The notes under the pieces are model-generated. The model saw nothing but the letters and a program-made list of their open reading frames with translations, had not been told where the DNA came from and searched no databases. Shown here piece after piece: positions 1 through 12,769 of a stretch of 64,000 nt of DNA. The position numbers were made by a program, and so were the translations under genes. The first letter of the stretch is position 1; every line of letters begins with the position of its first letter. The DNA is from Octopus vulgaris (lineage: Eukaryota), in contig OX597831.1 in assembly GCA_951406725.2 (NCBI GenBank), forward strand, positions 29,636,001-29,700,000, written 5' to 3'.

Positions 1-60
<60 letters not shown>

Positions 61-360
61 TTATCTATATATCTATCTAGCTAGCTAGCTATCTGTATAT
101 GTTTGTATGTATGTTTGTATATATGTACATATGTTTGTATGTATCTATGTATGTATGTATCTAGGTATTCGTGAATTTATGTGCACATGTATGTAACTAC
201 GTATATATGTAATGTGTATGTGTGTGTGTATAAACAGACAGATAGGCAGACGGATGAACAAACAGACAGACAGACAGACAGACTGACAGATATGGACACA
301 TATGCATACACGTCTGTCTGTCTGTCTTACGCAAGTATGCCATATACACATACAAATACA

Positions 361-1858
361 TTCGTTCCCGGCAACACAAATGGAGAATTCCAGGATTGTT
401 TAATATAACTTCCCTGCACCTCTAATCGGTTGTGCTTGGAGAATGCTTTCTTGGAATTACTCGGCATTTCGAGGCACAACCCAGGGCATGGCTATGAAGA
501 ATCCCAAATTCCTTATTACTTCTCATAGTGCCCTGTTTTAGTCCTAGCAACATATAACAATATCTGGCCTGTTGTGCTTACACCGAGTTACTCTTTTACT
601 CTTTTACTTGTTTCAGTCATTTGACTGCGGCCATGCTGGAGCACCGCCTTTAGTCGAGCAAATCGACCCCGGGACTTATTCTTTGTAAGCCCAGTACTTA
701 TTCTATCGGTCTCTTTTGCCAAACCGCTAAGTAACGGGGACACAAACACACCAGCATCGGTTGTCAAGCAATGCTAGGGGGACAAACACAGACACACAAA
801 CATATACACACACACTTATATATATATACATATATACGACAGGCTTCTTTCAGTTTCCGTCTACCAAATCCACTCACAAGGCATTGGTCGGCCCGGGGCT
901 ATAGCAGAAGACACTTGCCCAAGATGCCACGCAGTGGGACTGAACCCGGAACCATGTGGTTGGTTAGCAAGCTACTTACCACACAGCCACTCCTGCGCCT
1001 TGTTTTTATCGGATCATTCCACCAATATTCTTTATTTTAAAGGTGTGAATTACGTTCTGCTTCTGGTGTGTCTTTCGTATCGCTATGAGGACAATCCTTC
1101 CTGTAGATACGATTGTAAGTAGTTTAAGCGACAATTTCATGTCCCACGCACATTTTCGGACAGCTGTTGATGATATGGGTAATATCTCCCATACTGATGT
1201 AGCGTAATCGATATTATATATGACAACGTGAAGGTCTTGAGGCATCCTTTTCTCTCTTACTGAAAAGGATGCTTTTTAGTAGCTCTTTCCTGTTCTTGGA
1301 TAACAAAAACATATCCTCCTAGATATGATGCGTTTACACAGGTCCAGGTGAGGCTGCTATTCCTGTCTATACTGTTGATATTCCCCAGTTTGCAGGATAT
1401 GTATCCATGCACAACATTTTGCCGCTATGACGAGTATTTCTCTTCCAATATCTTCTTAAGCAAATCATTCTAGCCACTCCTGACTCATAGGGAACAGCTG
1501 TAAACTCAGAGTACTTACTCGGGAGTTTTTCGCCTAAACTTACGATATTATTACCGTCACTGTTGAGTATACACATGATATACTCATTCCTCTCTGTTCC
1601 TGTTCAGTGGGTGTTGTCTAAGTGACATGATGCAGCTCTCAAAAGCCGTCTAGACTTATCGTATGCCTTTACCTTCATCCCTCCATTAACATCGGTCCTG
1701 TTAATATTTTCCTAGCCCTGACGTCCAAACTGCCTGATTTGTTCAAGTGTCCAGTCTAGTATCCCAAATGATGACATTAGCACTGGTACGACCATTTCCT
1801 ATTACCACATGCCTTTGGGTTTGCGGCACCAGTTGCTTTCCGTCCTTATATCTGTCTG
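361..1858 (-). mobile_element. Highly decayed LINE (RTE-like) APE endonuclease region, interrupted by a SINE at 588-999
   Basis: Broken minus-strand peptides with only a weak resemblance to APE motifs (ESGVARMI ~ GVA/G.LI; DTYPA ~ YAP). Non-microsatellite sequence continues on both sides of the SINE. Confidence 0.3.
588..999 (-). mobile_element. tRNA-derived SINE family A, full length
   Basis: Head GGCGCAGGAGTGGCTGTGTGG (A box) and GGTTCAGTCCC (B box), CORE/V-like CTTGGGCAAGTG, internal (TA)n(TG)n, tail CCAGCATGGCCGCAGTCAAATGACTGAAACAAG(TAAAAGAG)n. About 15 copies in the window. Confidence 0.9.
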
Positions 1859-1868
1859 TACTAGGTGT

Positions 1869-2254
1869 GTGGAGGCGCAATGGCCCAGTGGTTAGGGTAG
1901 CGGACTCGCGGTCGTAGGATCGGGGTTTCGATTCCCAGACCGGGCGTTGTGAGTGTTTATTGAGCGAAAACACCTAAAGCTCCACGAGGCTCCGGCAGGG
2001 GATGGTGGTGATCCCTGCTGTACTCTTTCACCACAACTTTCTCTCACTCTTACTTCCTGTTTCTGTTGTACCTGTATTTCAAAGGGCCGGCCTTGTCACT
2101 CTCTGTGTCACGCTGAATATCCCCGAGAACTACGTTAAGGGTACACGTGTCTGTGGAGTGCTCAGCCACTTACACGTTAATTTCACGAGCAGGCTGTTCC
2201 GTTGATCGGATCAACCGAAACCCTCGTCGTCGTAACCGACGGAGTGCTTCCATA
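1869..2254 (+). mobile_element. tRNA-derived SINE family C, full length, with 10-bp TSD
   Basis: A box TGGCCCAGTGG, B box GTTTCGATTCC. TACTAGGTGT is duplicated at 1859-1868 and 2255-2264. Homologous to 19955-20312. Confidence 0.9.
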
Positions 2255-2277
2255 TACTAGGTGTATTTGTTACATTA

Positions 2278-2469
2278 TTGGTAGCTTCGATTCTGATCGA
2301 AGGCTCTGTGGACCATGTTGTTGCCAGTCTTTTAACAGCATCAACTCTATCAGAAAGACCTGTGGTAGTAAGTAGAGAACCACAAGGCATCGCTTTGGAT
2401 CCACCTTTGTTTCATATTAGGTTGTTAGACATAGACAAATATAATCAGTCAAGCTCAACAGTTATGTAG
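2278..2469 (+). mobile_element. LINE reverse transcriptase fragment (CR1/L2/Jockey-like)
   Basis: SREPQGIALDPPLFHIRLLDI matches the [21 protein letters not shown] motif of non-LTR RTs. Confidence 0.6.
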
Positions 2470-2607
2470 AGTTGCGGACTTCAGCCATTTTTGTGCCACG
2501 GATCGGTTTCCTGCAAGGCAATTTATTTTCCACGCACCACGGGATCGTGCGCAGAACAAAACACAATAAAGTGCATAATATATCATTTCATTATTACATA
2601 CACATAC

Positions 2608-2649
<42 letters not shown>

Positions 2650-2777
2650 AAGCACATGGTCTAGTGGTTAGTGCAGCGGAGTCGCGGTCAAGGGATCGCG
2701 GGTTCCAATCACAGACCGGGTGATGTATATATATGTATGTATATGTATATATATATATATATGTATATATATGTATA

Positions 2778-2891
<114 letters not shown>

Positions 2892-2957
2892 TGCATGTAT
2901 GTATGTATATGTATATATGTAGATATATATGTATATATATGTATGTATTCATGTATG

Positions 2958-3021
<64 letters not shown>

Positions 3022-3043
3022 TATATATATATATGTACACAGA

Positions 3044-3089
3044 GGCAGTCCGACGATGACTTAGCTGACGAAACTTCGAAGTCATTGTC
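3044..3089 (+). ncRNA. Candidate minimal type I hammerhead ribozyme (U4C core variant)
   Basis: GGCAGT-CCGACGA-tgacttagctgac-GAAA-CTTCGAAG-TC-ATTGTC: 6-bp stem I with G-U pairs, palindromic stem III ACTTCGAAGT, GUC site. Stem II is weak. Confidence 0.55.
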
Positions 3090-3323
3090 AACAACATTCT
3101 TATATAAGAATGATATATGTTTATGTACATATACATAAACATATAGACACACACACATATACATACATACACACATATATACATATACATATATTATGAT
3201 ATGTAGAAAAATACAAACTGTGACAAGAACGCATAACACTTAGAAGACGATACAACAAACACAGACAGGACATTCGAAGCCCTCAGTCTTCAGTCAAGAA
3301 CCGGATCATCGTAGTAATTTCGG

Positions 3324-3370
<47 letters not shown>

Positions 3371-4191
3371 TTGTGTATATGTATGTATGTATGCATGTAT
3401 ATATATATATATGTATATATATGTATGTATGTACGTACGTGTGCTTGTGTATATATAGCATGTGACAGATCGATATATTAATCGCTGATACGTTGTTCAC
3501 TTCCAGTCGATGACGTACGTATGTGTGTATTGTAGTGTGTGCGCGCGTGTGTGTATGCCAGAGAGAGAGAGAGGAGAAAGGAAGGAAGGAAGGAAGGAAG
3601 GCAGATAAGCGGGCAGAGTGACAGAGAAATAGAGAGAAAGTGACAAAGAGAGAAGGGCAGATATTTGAACCATGTCTCAGTTCAATGGTAAACAACAACA
3701 AAAAAAAGAACAAATCACAACACATGATAACGTCGCCATATTGAGCATTCATCCGCCTGTAGAGGGCGCTGTACTCTGGTGCATTCGTATGATTTATAAC
3801 TATCGCTAAGGTGATAAATCCTCTATAGTGTGCATGTTCAGTTATCTTTAGGTGCAACCGACAGGAGGCGTTGCTGTCGGAACATGGTGTTAACTATTGA
3901 TATTAATGAGATGTGTGAGTGATCGATTCATAGTTACAGCAAATATTTCTACACAGAACCTAATTGGTTTGGCTGCCAACAATCGGGTTTCGCCCGTATA
4001 CGTGTGTATGTGTGTGCTGTATGTGTTTGTGTTATAGTTGTGTATGTCGTGTGTGTGTGTTAATAAATACAAGATAAAGGACTCAATACGAACGAGGGTT
4101 TTTTCTATATTTATTAATATCGTTATCTTTTAGTTATACAACTCTAGCATAACAAGCAGTTAACGCAAAACTCTGAGTAACAACCGTGATA

Positions 4192-4230
<39 letters not shown>

Positions 4231-4275
4231 TACAGTATATATATATACTATATATATATGTACATATATATATCA

Positions 4276-4508
4276 CGTGACCGACCAGGCTATGTTGCTA
4301 CACATCGCTGGTCACAGTGCGCTAAGCGAGCAGGCAAACAGAAGAAAGAGTGAGAGAAAATTGCGGCGAAAGAGTAGAGCAGGGATCGCCACCACACCCT
4401 GCCGGAGCTTTAGGTGTTTTCGCTCAATAACGCCCGGTCTGGGAATCGAAACCGCGATCCTACGACCGCGAGTCCGCTGCCCTAACCACTGGGCCATTGC
4501 GCCTCCAC
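4276..4508 (-). mobile_element. SINE family C head with deleted body and a different tail
   Basis: Reverse complement of GGAGGCGCAATGGCCCAGTGGTTAGGGCAGCGGACTCGCGGTCGTAGGATCGCGGTTTCGATTCCCAGACC. The 3' part differs from 1869-2254. Confidence 0.8.
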
Positions 4509-4546
4509 GCATATATATATATACATATATACGCATATATATATGC

Positions 4547-4583
<37 letters not shown>

Positions 4584-5019
4584 TATATATGCATGTATAT
4601 ATATATGTGTGTATATATACATATGCATATATGGGTACAGGTGTTTACCAACAGTAAACAACATGAAATACAAAAACAAATGAGTTCAATACGCAAACAA
4701 TGAAAGAAAGAGAGCGGGAGAGATATACACACACACACATACACACACACACACATATGCATATATACATATATACATATTCTGCCTATATGTCTGTGCA
4801 CACCTGTCAATGCAATCTATACTAGAAGGTTTGCGAATCTAACGGAGGCCTAAAAGGACGTTTTAAGATCGACAAAAGTCACAACTTATCTGCAGCTCTT
4901 GGTGGTCCAAATCGGATGTGCAATCGGATATGTATTGTCTGGTTTTTTACAGCCACAGCAGATGCTTTGACGGTTCTAAAGTACCGGAGGTGGAAAATTC
5001 TGCATAAGGAGTTGAAAAC

Positions 5020-5068
<49 letters not shown>

Positions 5069-5106
5069 AATGTACACACATGCAAACATATGCATAAAGC
5101 TTCCCG

Positions 5107-5285
<179 letters not shown>

Positions 5286-5331
5286 TAAAAATATGTATGT
5301 AAATGTGTGTGCATGTATAAATAGAGGGAGT

Positions 5332-5428
<97 letters not shown>

Positions 5429-5861
5429 CAAACAGACAGACAGTAGGAGGCAGAGAGCAAAACTCAATGTGCCCTGCGGAATGAATGTAGACCACAAAGA
5501 CGCAAAATGTTATGTTCAATACCATAAAACAGAAATTCTTCCTTGCTGAAATTATTTTTCTCGCCAAATAATCGTGCATTATACAGCATAGGCCTGACAC
5601 GTACCATATTTTTCGTCAACGAACCATGTAGTTACAGCATTGGTCATTCTTGTACGACATTTTCTCGCCATTCAGCTATGCACTTACAAAACTGGCCAGG
5701 CAGGAACCACGCTTTCTCGACGTGTTAACCCAATGAAACCATGCAACTTCCATAAATCAAGGTTTTCAAATCAAAACAAAACTAAAAGTAAAATAATGAT
5801 CAAACAATACTATTCCGTTGGAAAGGTCGTTAGAGCATCGGCAAAAATATTTTGTGGTATT

Positions 5862-6017
5862 AGGAGTGGCTGTGTGGTAAGTAGCTTGTTTACGAACCAC
5901 ATGGTCCCGGATTCAGTCCTTCTGCGTGGCACCTTGGGGAAGTGCCTCTACTATAGCCTCGGGCCGACCAAAGCCTTGTAAGTGGATTTGATAGACGGAA
6001 ACTGAAAGAATCCCGTC

Positions 6018-6065
<48 letters not shown>

Positions 6066-6105
6066 TTATAAATGAGGATTATATCGATATTTAAATATCG
6101 ATATT

Positions 6106-6158
<53 letters not shown>

Positions 6159-6226
6159 CATACTAAAGGCGGTGCTCCAGCATGGCCACAGTCAACTGAC
6201 TGAAACAAGTAAAAGAGTAAAAGAGT
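5862..6226 (+). mobile_element. SINE family A, internally deleted, with a palindrome in its (TA)n
   Basis: Head and tail match family A. The middle is replaced by (TA)n-palindrome-(TA)n. Confidence 0.85.
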
Positions 6227-6311
6227 ATTAAATCACAGTTCTTCTACGTTCTGAGTTCAAATCCCACTGGGGTTAACTTTACCATTCATCCTTCCGAGTT
6301 TGGTAAAATAA

Positions 6312-6653
6312 AAGTAAAGACCCCCTTCGGTCATGAATGACCATGGGATTGCACCCAGGAAGTTCACCTTCAAGGCACAAGGCCGGGCAAGGTTGTTTAT
6401 GGAAGACCAACAGTCACCCATGCATAACAGCCTCCTCTCTTCACGCCAACGATGTTACCCAAGGGAAAGGCAAAGGACGATAGAGCTTAGCACCAATGAC
6501 ATCGCAACTCATTTCTACGGCAGAGTGCACTGGAGCAACGTGAAATAAAGTGCCTTGCTCAAGAACGCAACACACAGCCGGGTCCCAGAATCGAAACTCA
6601 CTAACTCGAGATCGTTAGCCCGACGCTTTAACCACTGAGCCATGCGCCTTCAC
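6312..6653 (-). mobile_element. tRNA-derived SINE family D nested in a family B copy
   Basis: Minus-strand head GTGAAGGCGCATGGCTCAGTGG...GTTTCGATTC and V-SINE-like TCTTGAGCAAGGCACTT. TSD TTGGTAAAATAA / TTGATAAAATAA at 6300-6311 and 6654-6665. Confidence 0.85.
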
Positions 6654-6868
6654 TTGATAAAATAAGGTGCCACTAAGGTAGATTTGCAATCGCAAACTTT
6701 CATCCCAACGTCTCTGATATTGTGCTTATGTAACAATTTACTATTGTTATCATAAGAGCTAACTTGGCTTCTACCTCTCTCGCTCTTTCTCTCTCTCTCT
6801 CTCTCTCTCTGTCTCTTTCTCTCTTTCTTTCTCTCTTTCTTTCTCTCTCTCTCTCTTTCTCTTTCTCA

Positions 6869-6900
<32 letters not shown>

Positions 6901-7166
6901 CTCTCTCTCTCTCGTTCAAGAGAGCTATGTGTTTTCTTTCTGTCTTTCTCTCTATCTCATTTCCTCTTCTTCTTTCCCACAATTTTCCTCCCCTGTCTCC
7001 TCTTCCCACCCCTCTTTCTACCCTATATACATATGTATGTATGTATGTATGTATGTGTGTGTGTGTGTGTGCGTGTGTGTGTGTGTCTGTACGTGTGCGT
7101 TTGTGCATATTTATATGTATATGTGTGTGTATATATACATATATACATATATAAATACACACACAC

Positions 7167-7211
<45 letters not shown>

Positions 7212-7448
7212 TTGTATTTATGACAATGATGAATATAGGGGACATGGCTGACTAGTCCTACTGAAACAACATCGTAAATTCGAAATAACCTCAATATTTC
7301 TTGACTTCTTTCATTCTTTCTTCCTTTCTTTCCTTTTTTCCTTTCTTCTTTCTTTCTTTCTTTTTTTATCTTTCTTCTATAGTTCATTTAATTCTTTCAT
7401 CCGGTATGTAGATTATATCCAAATACGCATTCATTTTGCTTTTTATAT

Positions 7449-7486
<38 letters not shown>

Positions 7487-7654
7487 ACATACATACACAC
7501 ACATGTACGTAGACGTAAACACGCATGCATATGTGTATGTGTGCGTATGTGTGTGTATGTGTATAAATATATATATAATATATATGTATATATAGGCGTG
7601 TGTGTGTGTGAGTGTGTGTGTATACAATTACGCACGTAAATATGTATATATGCA

Positions 7655-7772
<118 letters not shown>

Positions 7773-8164
7773 CTTCAGAGAAATAGAGGAAGAAAGAGAG
7801 CGATAATGTAGATATAGATATGGACAAGTATATATATATATATATATGCACACAGCGAAATTATATATGCAACATATGGTATAATTATGTATATGTATAT
7901 AAATACACATATATGCACACATATATACACGCGCACGCGCACATACACACATATATATCATACATGCACACAGATATATATACATATATATAAATATGTA
8001 TACATATATGAGGGTGTGTTTATTCAGTGAGTAAGAGGGGGTAGAGCGTCCAGGAGTTCTGTCCCTCCCACATGGGTGACAATGATACGGTTGATGTTCA
8101 GTAAGGGGATACCTGTAAGTCATACCTGGGGTGGGGCAGTAGGCAACGCCGGGTATGTATGTGT

Positions 8165-8228
<64 letters not shown>

Positions 8229-8509
8229 ATGTGTGTGCGGTTAGCGGGTTTCTTTAAGGGTATTGGTGCGGAAAGGTGGGAGGGGGATTAGCAGGGATGA
8301 CTGTGTCAGGGTGGGCCAGGATGGTTAGGCTTGTTGAGAGGCGCAGGGAGCATCATGCTTGCAACTTTGTACATACACATAGACATACACACACACCCAC
8401 CCACACACACGCACAAACATATAATTACATATGTGCATATAAATGATACATATGCATATATATGCTGAAGCAACATACACACACACATACATACACCTCC
8501 CCATGTGTG

Positions 8510-8546
<37 letters not shown>

Positions 8547-8729
8547 ATGTATACATAAACACTTAGCACACATATCTATGAATACATATACATACTTACG
8601 TACATCCATGTACATATATATGTACATGTGTTTGTATGTATTTACATATATACATATAGACAGGTATGTATATATAGATACACAAACCTTCATACATTCC
8701 TATATAGACACATACGCATTATCTATCTA

Positions 8730-8774
<45 letters not shown>

Positions 8775-9347
8775 ATGTGTGTGCATGTATGTGTGTATGT
8801 GTATGTGTATGTGTGTGTGTGTTTATGTGTATATATATATATACATATACGAACATGTCTATGTGTGTGTGTGTGTGTGTAAATACATACGCACACACTC
8901 AAACACATACTAACGCAAACAACCCTCCCACATACACACACACTCACATGCATGCATACGCATACGATATAGACGTATACAGTCTCACACGTACAGATAC
9001 ATCCATGCAAAAGTTAGTCATGAAAAAGGAAGGACACATTGCATGATATAATCCTAGGTACACGACGACCAATAGAAGGGTAGGTGGTCGTTGCTGGAAT
9101 GACTTCAGTGTTGACCTGAGACTAAGCAATAACATGCATAGAGAAAAATACATGCACACATACATACATGTATACATGAATATACGCATATATACACACA
9201 TATATATGAGCGTAGATACATACGTACATACTTATATACCTGAACACATGCTCACACACACATACATGCATACATACATATACATGGATACACAAACATA
9301 TAGTGTACGCAGGCCTATACGCAACACGCATATACATACATACATTC

Positions 9348-9413
<66 letters not shown>

Positions 9414-9623
9414 GTACAAACACATACATGCATACATACATATGTATATACATAATACATATATACAAACATACACATGCATACCTACATACACACATAC
9501 CTACATACAGATATACACATATATACATAGTCACATACATACAGACAGATAGACGTACACATACCTACACAAAATGTAGATAAGCACAAATACACAGATA
9601 AGCACAAATACACATATACCTGC

Positions 9624-9787
<164 letters not shown>

Positions 9788-9914
9788 TAGATGCACACAT
9801 ACGTTTGGAGCTATGGGCTGTCTATCAGCGTCAAAGGGCTGATAGACTAAAATAGAGTCGTACAAGATTTAGAAAAATGTGCACTTACATATAAGAGACC
9901 AAAGTGTACATACG

Positions 9915-9961
<47 letters not shown>

Positions 9962-10248
9962 CAAAAATAGTACAAGAACGCAAAACATCCAGACAGCTAG
10001 GTGAGGCAAAAATGGAGCAACAAAACATCCAGATAGACGATACAAAGAAAAAAAGGACGGGTCATTCGAAGTTCTATTTCTTCAGTCAAGCACCAGATTA
10101 TTCCCGCAATTTCGGCTGATTATTCTTGAGATTGCTCCAATCTGGCCGGCCCCAAGGAAAAACTAAGCTAAGAACATTAGATTCCTTGGAAGAAAGCATA
10201 TATATATATATGTATATATATATTTATATTTATGTACACACACACACA

Positions 10249-10296
<48 letters not shown>

Positions 10297-10339
10297 TGCA
10301 TAGTCGCTCGTATACGAGCAAAGCCAGTGCTAGAAAGAA

Positions 10340-10660
10340 TCATTGAAGTGAGTCATTGATAATGCAAAGTGAGGCCCTTCCATGACTCCTGAGCCCGCCA
10401 AACACTTGCACATTCTATTGTATAATGCACAGTTGTGCTGGCTGGCAGAGGGAACAGGTGCCACAATATGAAGTCTTTTGACATGTCTTTTTAATCTTCC
10501 AACTGAATGGCACACCTTTCCACAGGTTGAACAAGTTCTGCTGTGAACAGTAGCCACAACACAATTTACAAAGGTTTGATTCCTGTGACTTCTCTGATGG
10601 CTGACCAAGCCTGCATGACTCGAGCAGTTTCCCTCCTACAACACTCCTTTTTTCTTTGTA
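10340..10660 (-). mobile_element. LINE 3' fragment with tandem C2H2-like fingers (RTE-type C-terminus)
   Basis: (GL)VSHQRSH...CSTCGKVCHSVGRLKRHVKRLH...CALYNRMCKCLAG, frameshifted. Confidence 0.55.
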
Positions 10661-10883
10661 TTTTGTGTGTGTATATATATATTTCAAATTTACAGAAAGC
10701 GAATGACGAAGACAGGTGAAAGAACAAGCAGGTGCATTAGTTTAACTCCCGGGAAGAATGGAAATATATATATATATATGTAAATATATATATGTATATA
10801 CATACATATATATATATGTGTGTGTGTGTGTATGTGTATATATATATAATCAAAATAAGCAACAAGGATATCCAAAGGTAGTG

Positions 10884-10958
10884 TAGTACAAACGTTTCAT
10901 GCTACTTCATTTAATTAAACAAGTATTACATCAGTTTTAAAATGTAGAGCAATCTTCA

Positions 10959-10962
<4 letters not shown>
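10884..10962 (-). ncRNA. Candidate type I hammerhead ribozyme with extended stem II
   Basis: Minus strand: TGG-CTGAAGA-tTGCT...(~44 nt)...AGCAt-GAAA-CGTTTG-TA-CTA. Canonical core and GUA site. Stem I is cut short by (TA)n. Confidence 0.55.
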
Positions 10963-11012
<50 letters not shown>

Positions 11013-11286
11013 TAGATAGATATAGATATAGATATAGATATACGCACACATACATACACACAACAAAGAGGCGAACTGCCACACCTGTTTCCTCACCGGA
11101 CACCGGACAAATTGCTTAGCACTATTTCGTCCGTCTTTACGTTCCGAGTTCAAATTCCGCCGAAATCTTTGTTGCCGAGATCTTTGTTACATCAGGGGTC
11201 GATGTAATCCACTTCACCCTCAAAAACTACTGACTCTGTGCCCAAAAGTTTTATGCCATGTACACATGTATATGCGTGCTTGTGTG

Positions 11287-11372
<86 letters not shown>

Positions 11373-11814
11373 CGCATGAGTGCGCGTGTGTTTACACAAG
11401 AGCGAGCGCAAATAGGCTTGCAGAAACGCAAATATTGTAATTGCTCTGATCTTGCGTTCAGGGAAATTACACACTACCGGCGCATACAGGAAAAAGCTGG
11501 ATTGCCACAGTTGCATCTCAGCCCAGTCATAGCTTATTTATTGCTAAACACCAGCACTCATACATACACACGCGCTACATTCAAGCATATGCACTCACAG
11601 GTATACTCATACTTCTTAAAAGTTAAATACACTCAGTCATACATACACACATAAATACATATAGACATACAAACATACATGCATTCATATAAATATATAT
11701 ATATATATATATAATTAAATGATAAGGGTAGAAATTGATATCAATTAATTAAAACCAGTGGTTTAGCATATCTAAAAATCCGAAGATTAAAAATTGTTAC
11801 ATACAAAATTAAGA

Positions 11815-11886
<72 letters not shown>

Positions 11887-11892
<6 letters not shown>

Positions 11893-12033
11893 TTAAGCAG
11901 CAGAAAATTCAACAAAATCTGTTACTCTGAGTTTCTCGTTGCCGTTCATCAGACAGTTTTTGCTAGAATGGAACTGATATATCAATTCCTCAGAGTAACT
12001 GATTTTGTTGAATTTTCTGCTGCTTAAAATAAA
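11887..12033. repeat. Inverted repeat with ~45-bp arms overlapping the hammerhead
   Basis: TTTATTTTAAGCAGCAGAAAATTCAACAAAATCTGTTACTCTGAG versus CTCAGAGTAACTGATTTTGTTGAATTTTCTGCTGCTTAAAATAAA, one mismatch. Confidence 0.95.
11911..11964 (-). ncRNA. Minimal type I hammerhead ribozyme
   Basis: Minus strand: AGCAAAAACTGT-CTGATGA-aCG GCAA CGa-GAA-ACTC A GAGT-A-ACAGATTTTGTT. Canonical core, GNRA-capped stem II, near-palindromic stem III, ~11-bp stem I, GUA site at 11923. Confidence 0.75.
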
Positions 12034-12103
12034 GCATATTACTCTACCACTGGTATTTGAGTACTCTTTTTTCCACCTTGTTTCACATTTATGTGTTTAC
12101 TCC

Positions 12104-12169
<66 letters not shown>

Positions 12170-12769
12170 CAAAATGGAGGAATAGATTCCTTTCAATTAT
12201 CAGCTTCCAGATAATGCCAATTCATATAATTTATTAACTAATTAATTTAATTAAATAGAAACATCCAAATCCAACGGAATAAGACAGAATAAAACGATAC
12301 TGTATTATCTTATGGTAAGATAATACCATAAAAATAATACAGTACGTTCATGTATACATGCAGGCACTCACGTAATACGCGCTTACATACATACATACAT
12401 ATATATATATACATGCATATATACACACATGCATGCATACATATGTACGTGCATACATAAATGCATACATACACACATGCAAACATACGTACGTACATCC
12501 GCGTACACAAACATATGCATTCATGCATGCATACACACAGACATACTTGTACACACATACAGTCGTACATACATACATGTATACATACATATATGCACAT
12601 ATACATATATACACATACGTATTCATACATACATACGTAGGTACGTACGTACATACACACACACACATACATACACACATACACACATGCATACATACAT
12701 ACATACATACATACATACATACATACATACATACATACATACATACATACATACATACATACATAGTTA

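Noticed and set aside
771-1040. Recurring ORF peptides such as RLPNPLTR...[11 protein letters not shown] and RNWYLIYRPRKDERQSRPRRNLNS
   Set aside because: They are incidental frames of non-coding SINE families A and B.
1869-1945. tRNA-like sequences at SINE heads
   Set aside because: A and B boxes are present but there is no complete cloverleaf, and they continue into SINE bodies.
7244-7286. CTGACTA...GAAAC...GTA hammerhead-like string
   Set aside because: G8 is missing and stem I does not pair.
10330-10608. Host C2H2 zinc-finger gene
   Set aside because: Frameshifted, with no TGEKP linkers and no splice context. It fits a LINE C-terminus better.
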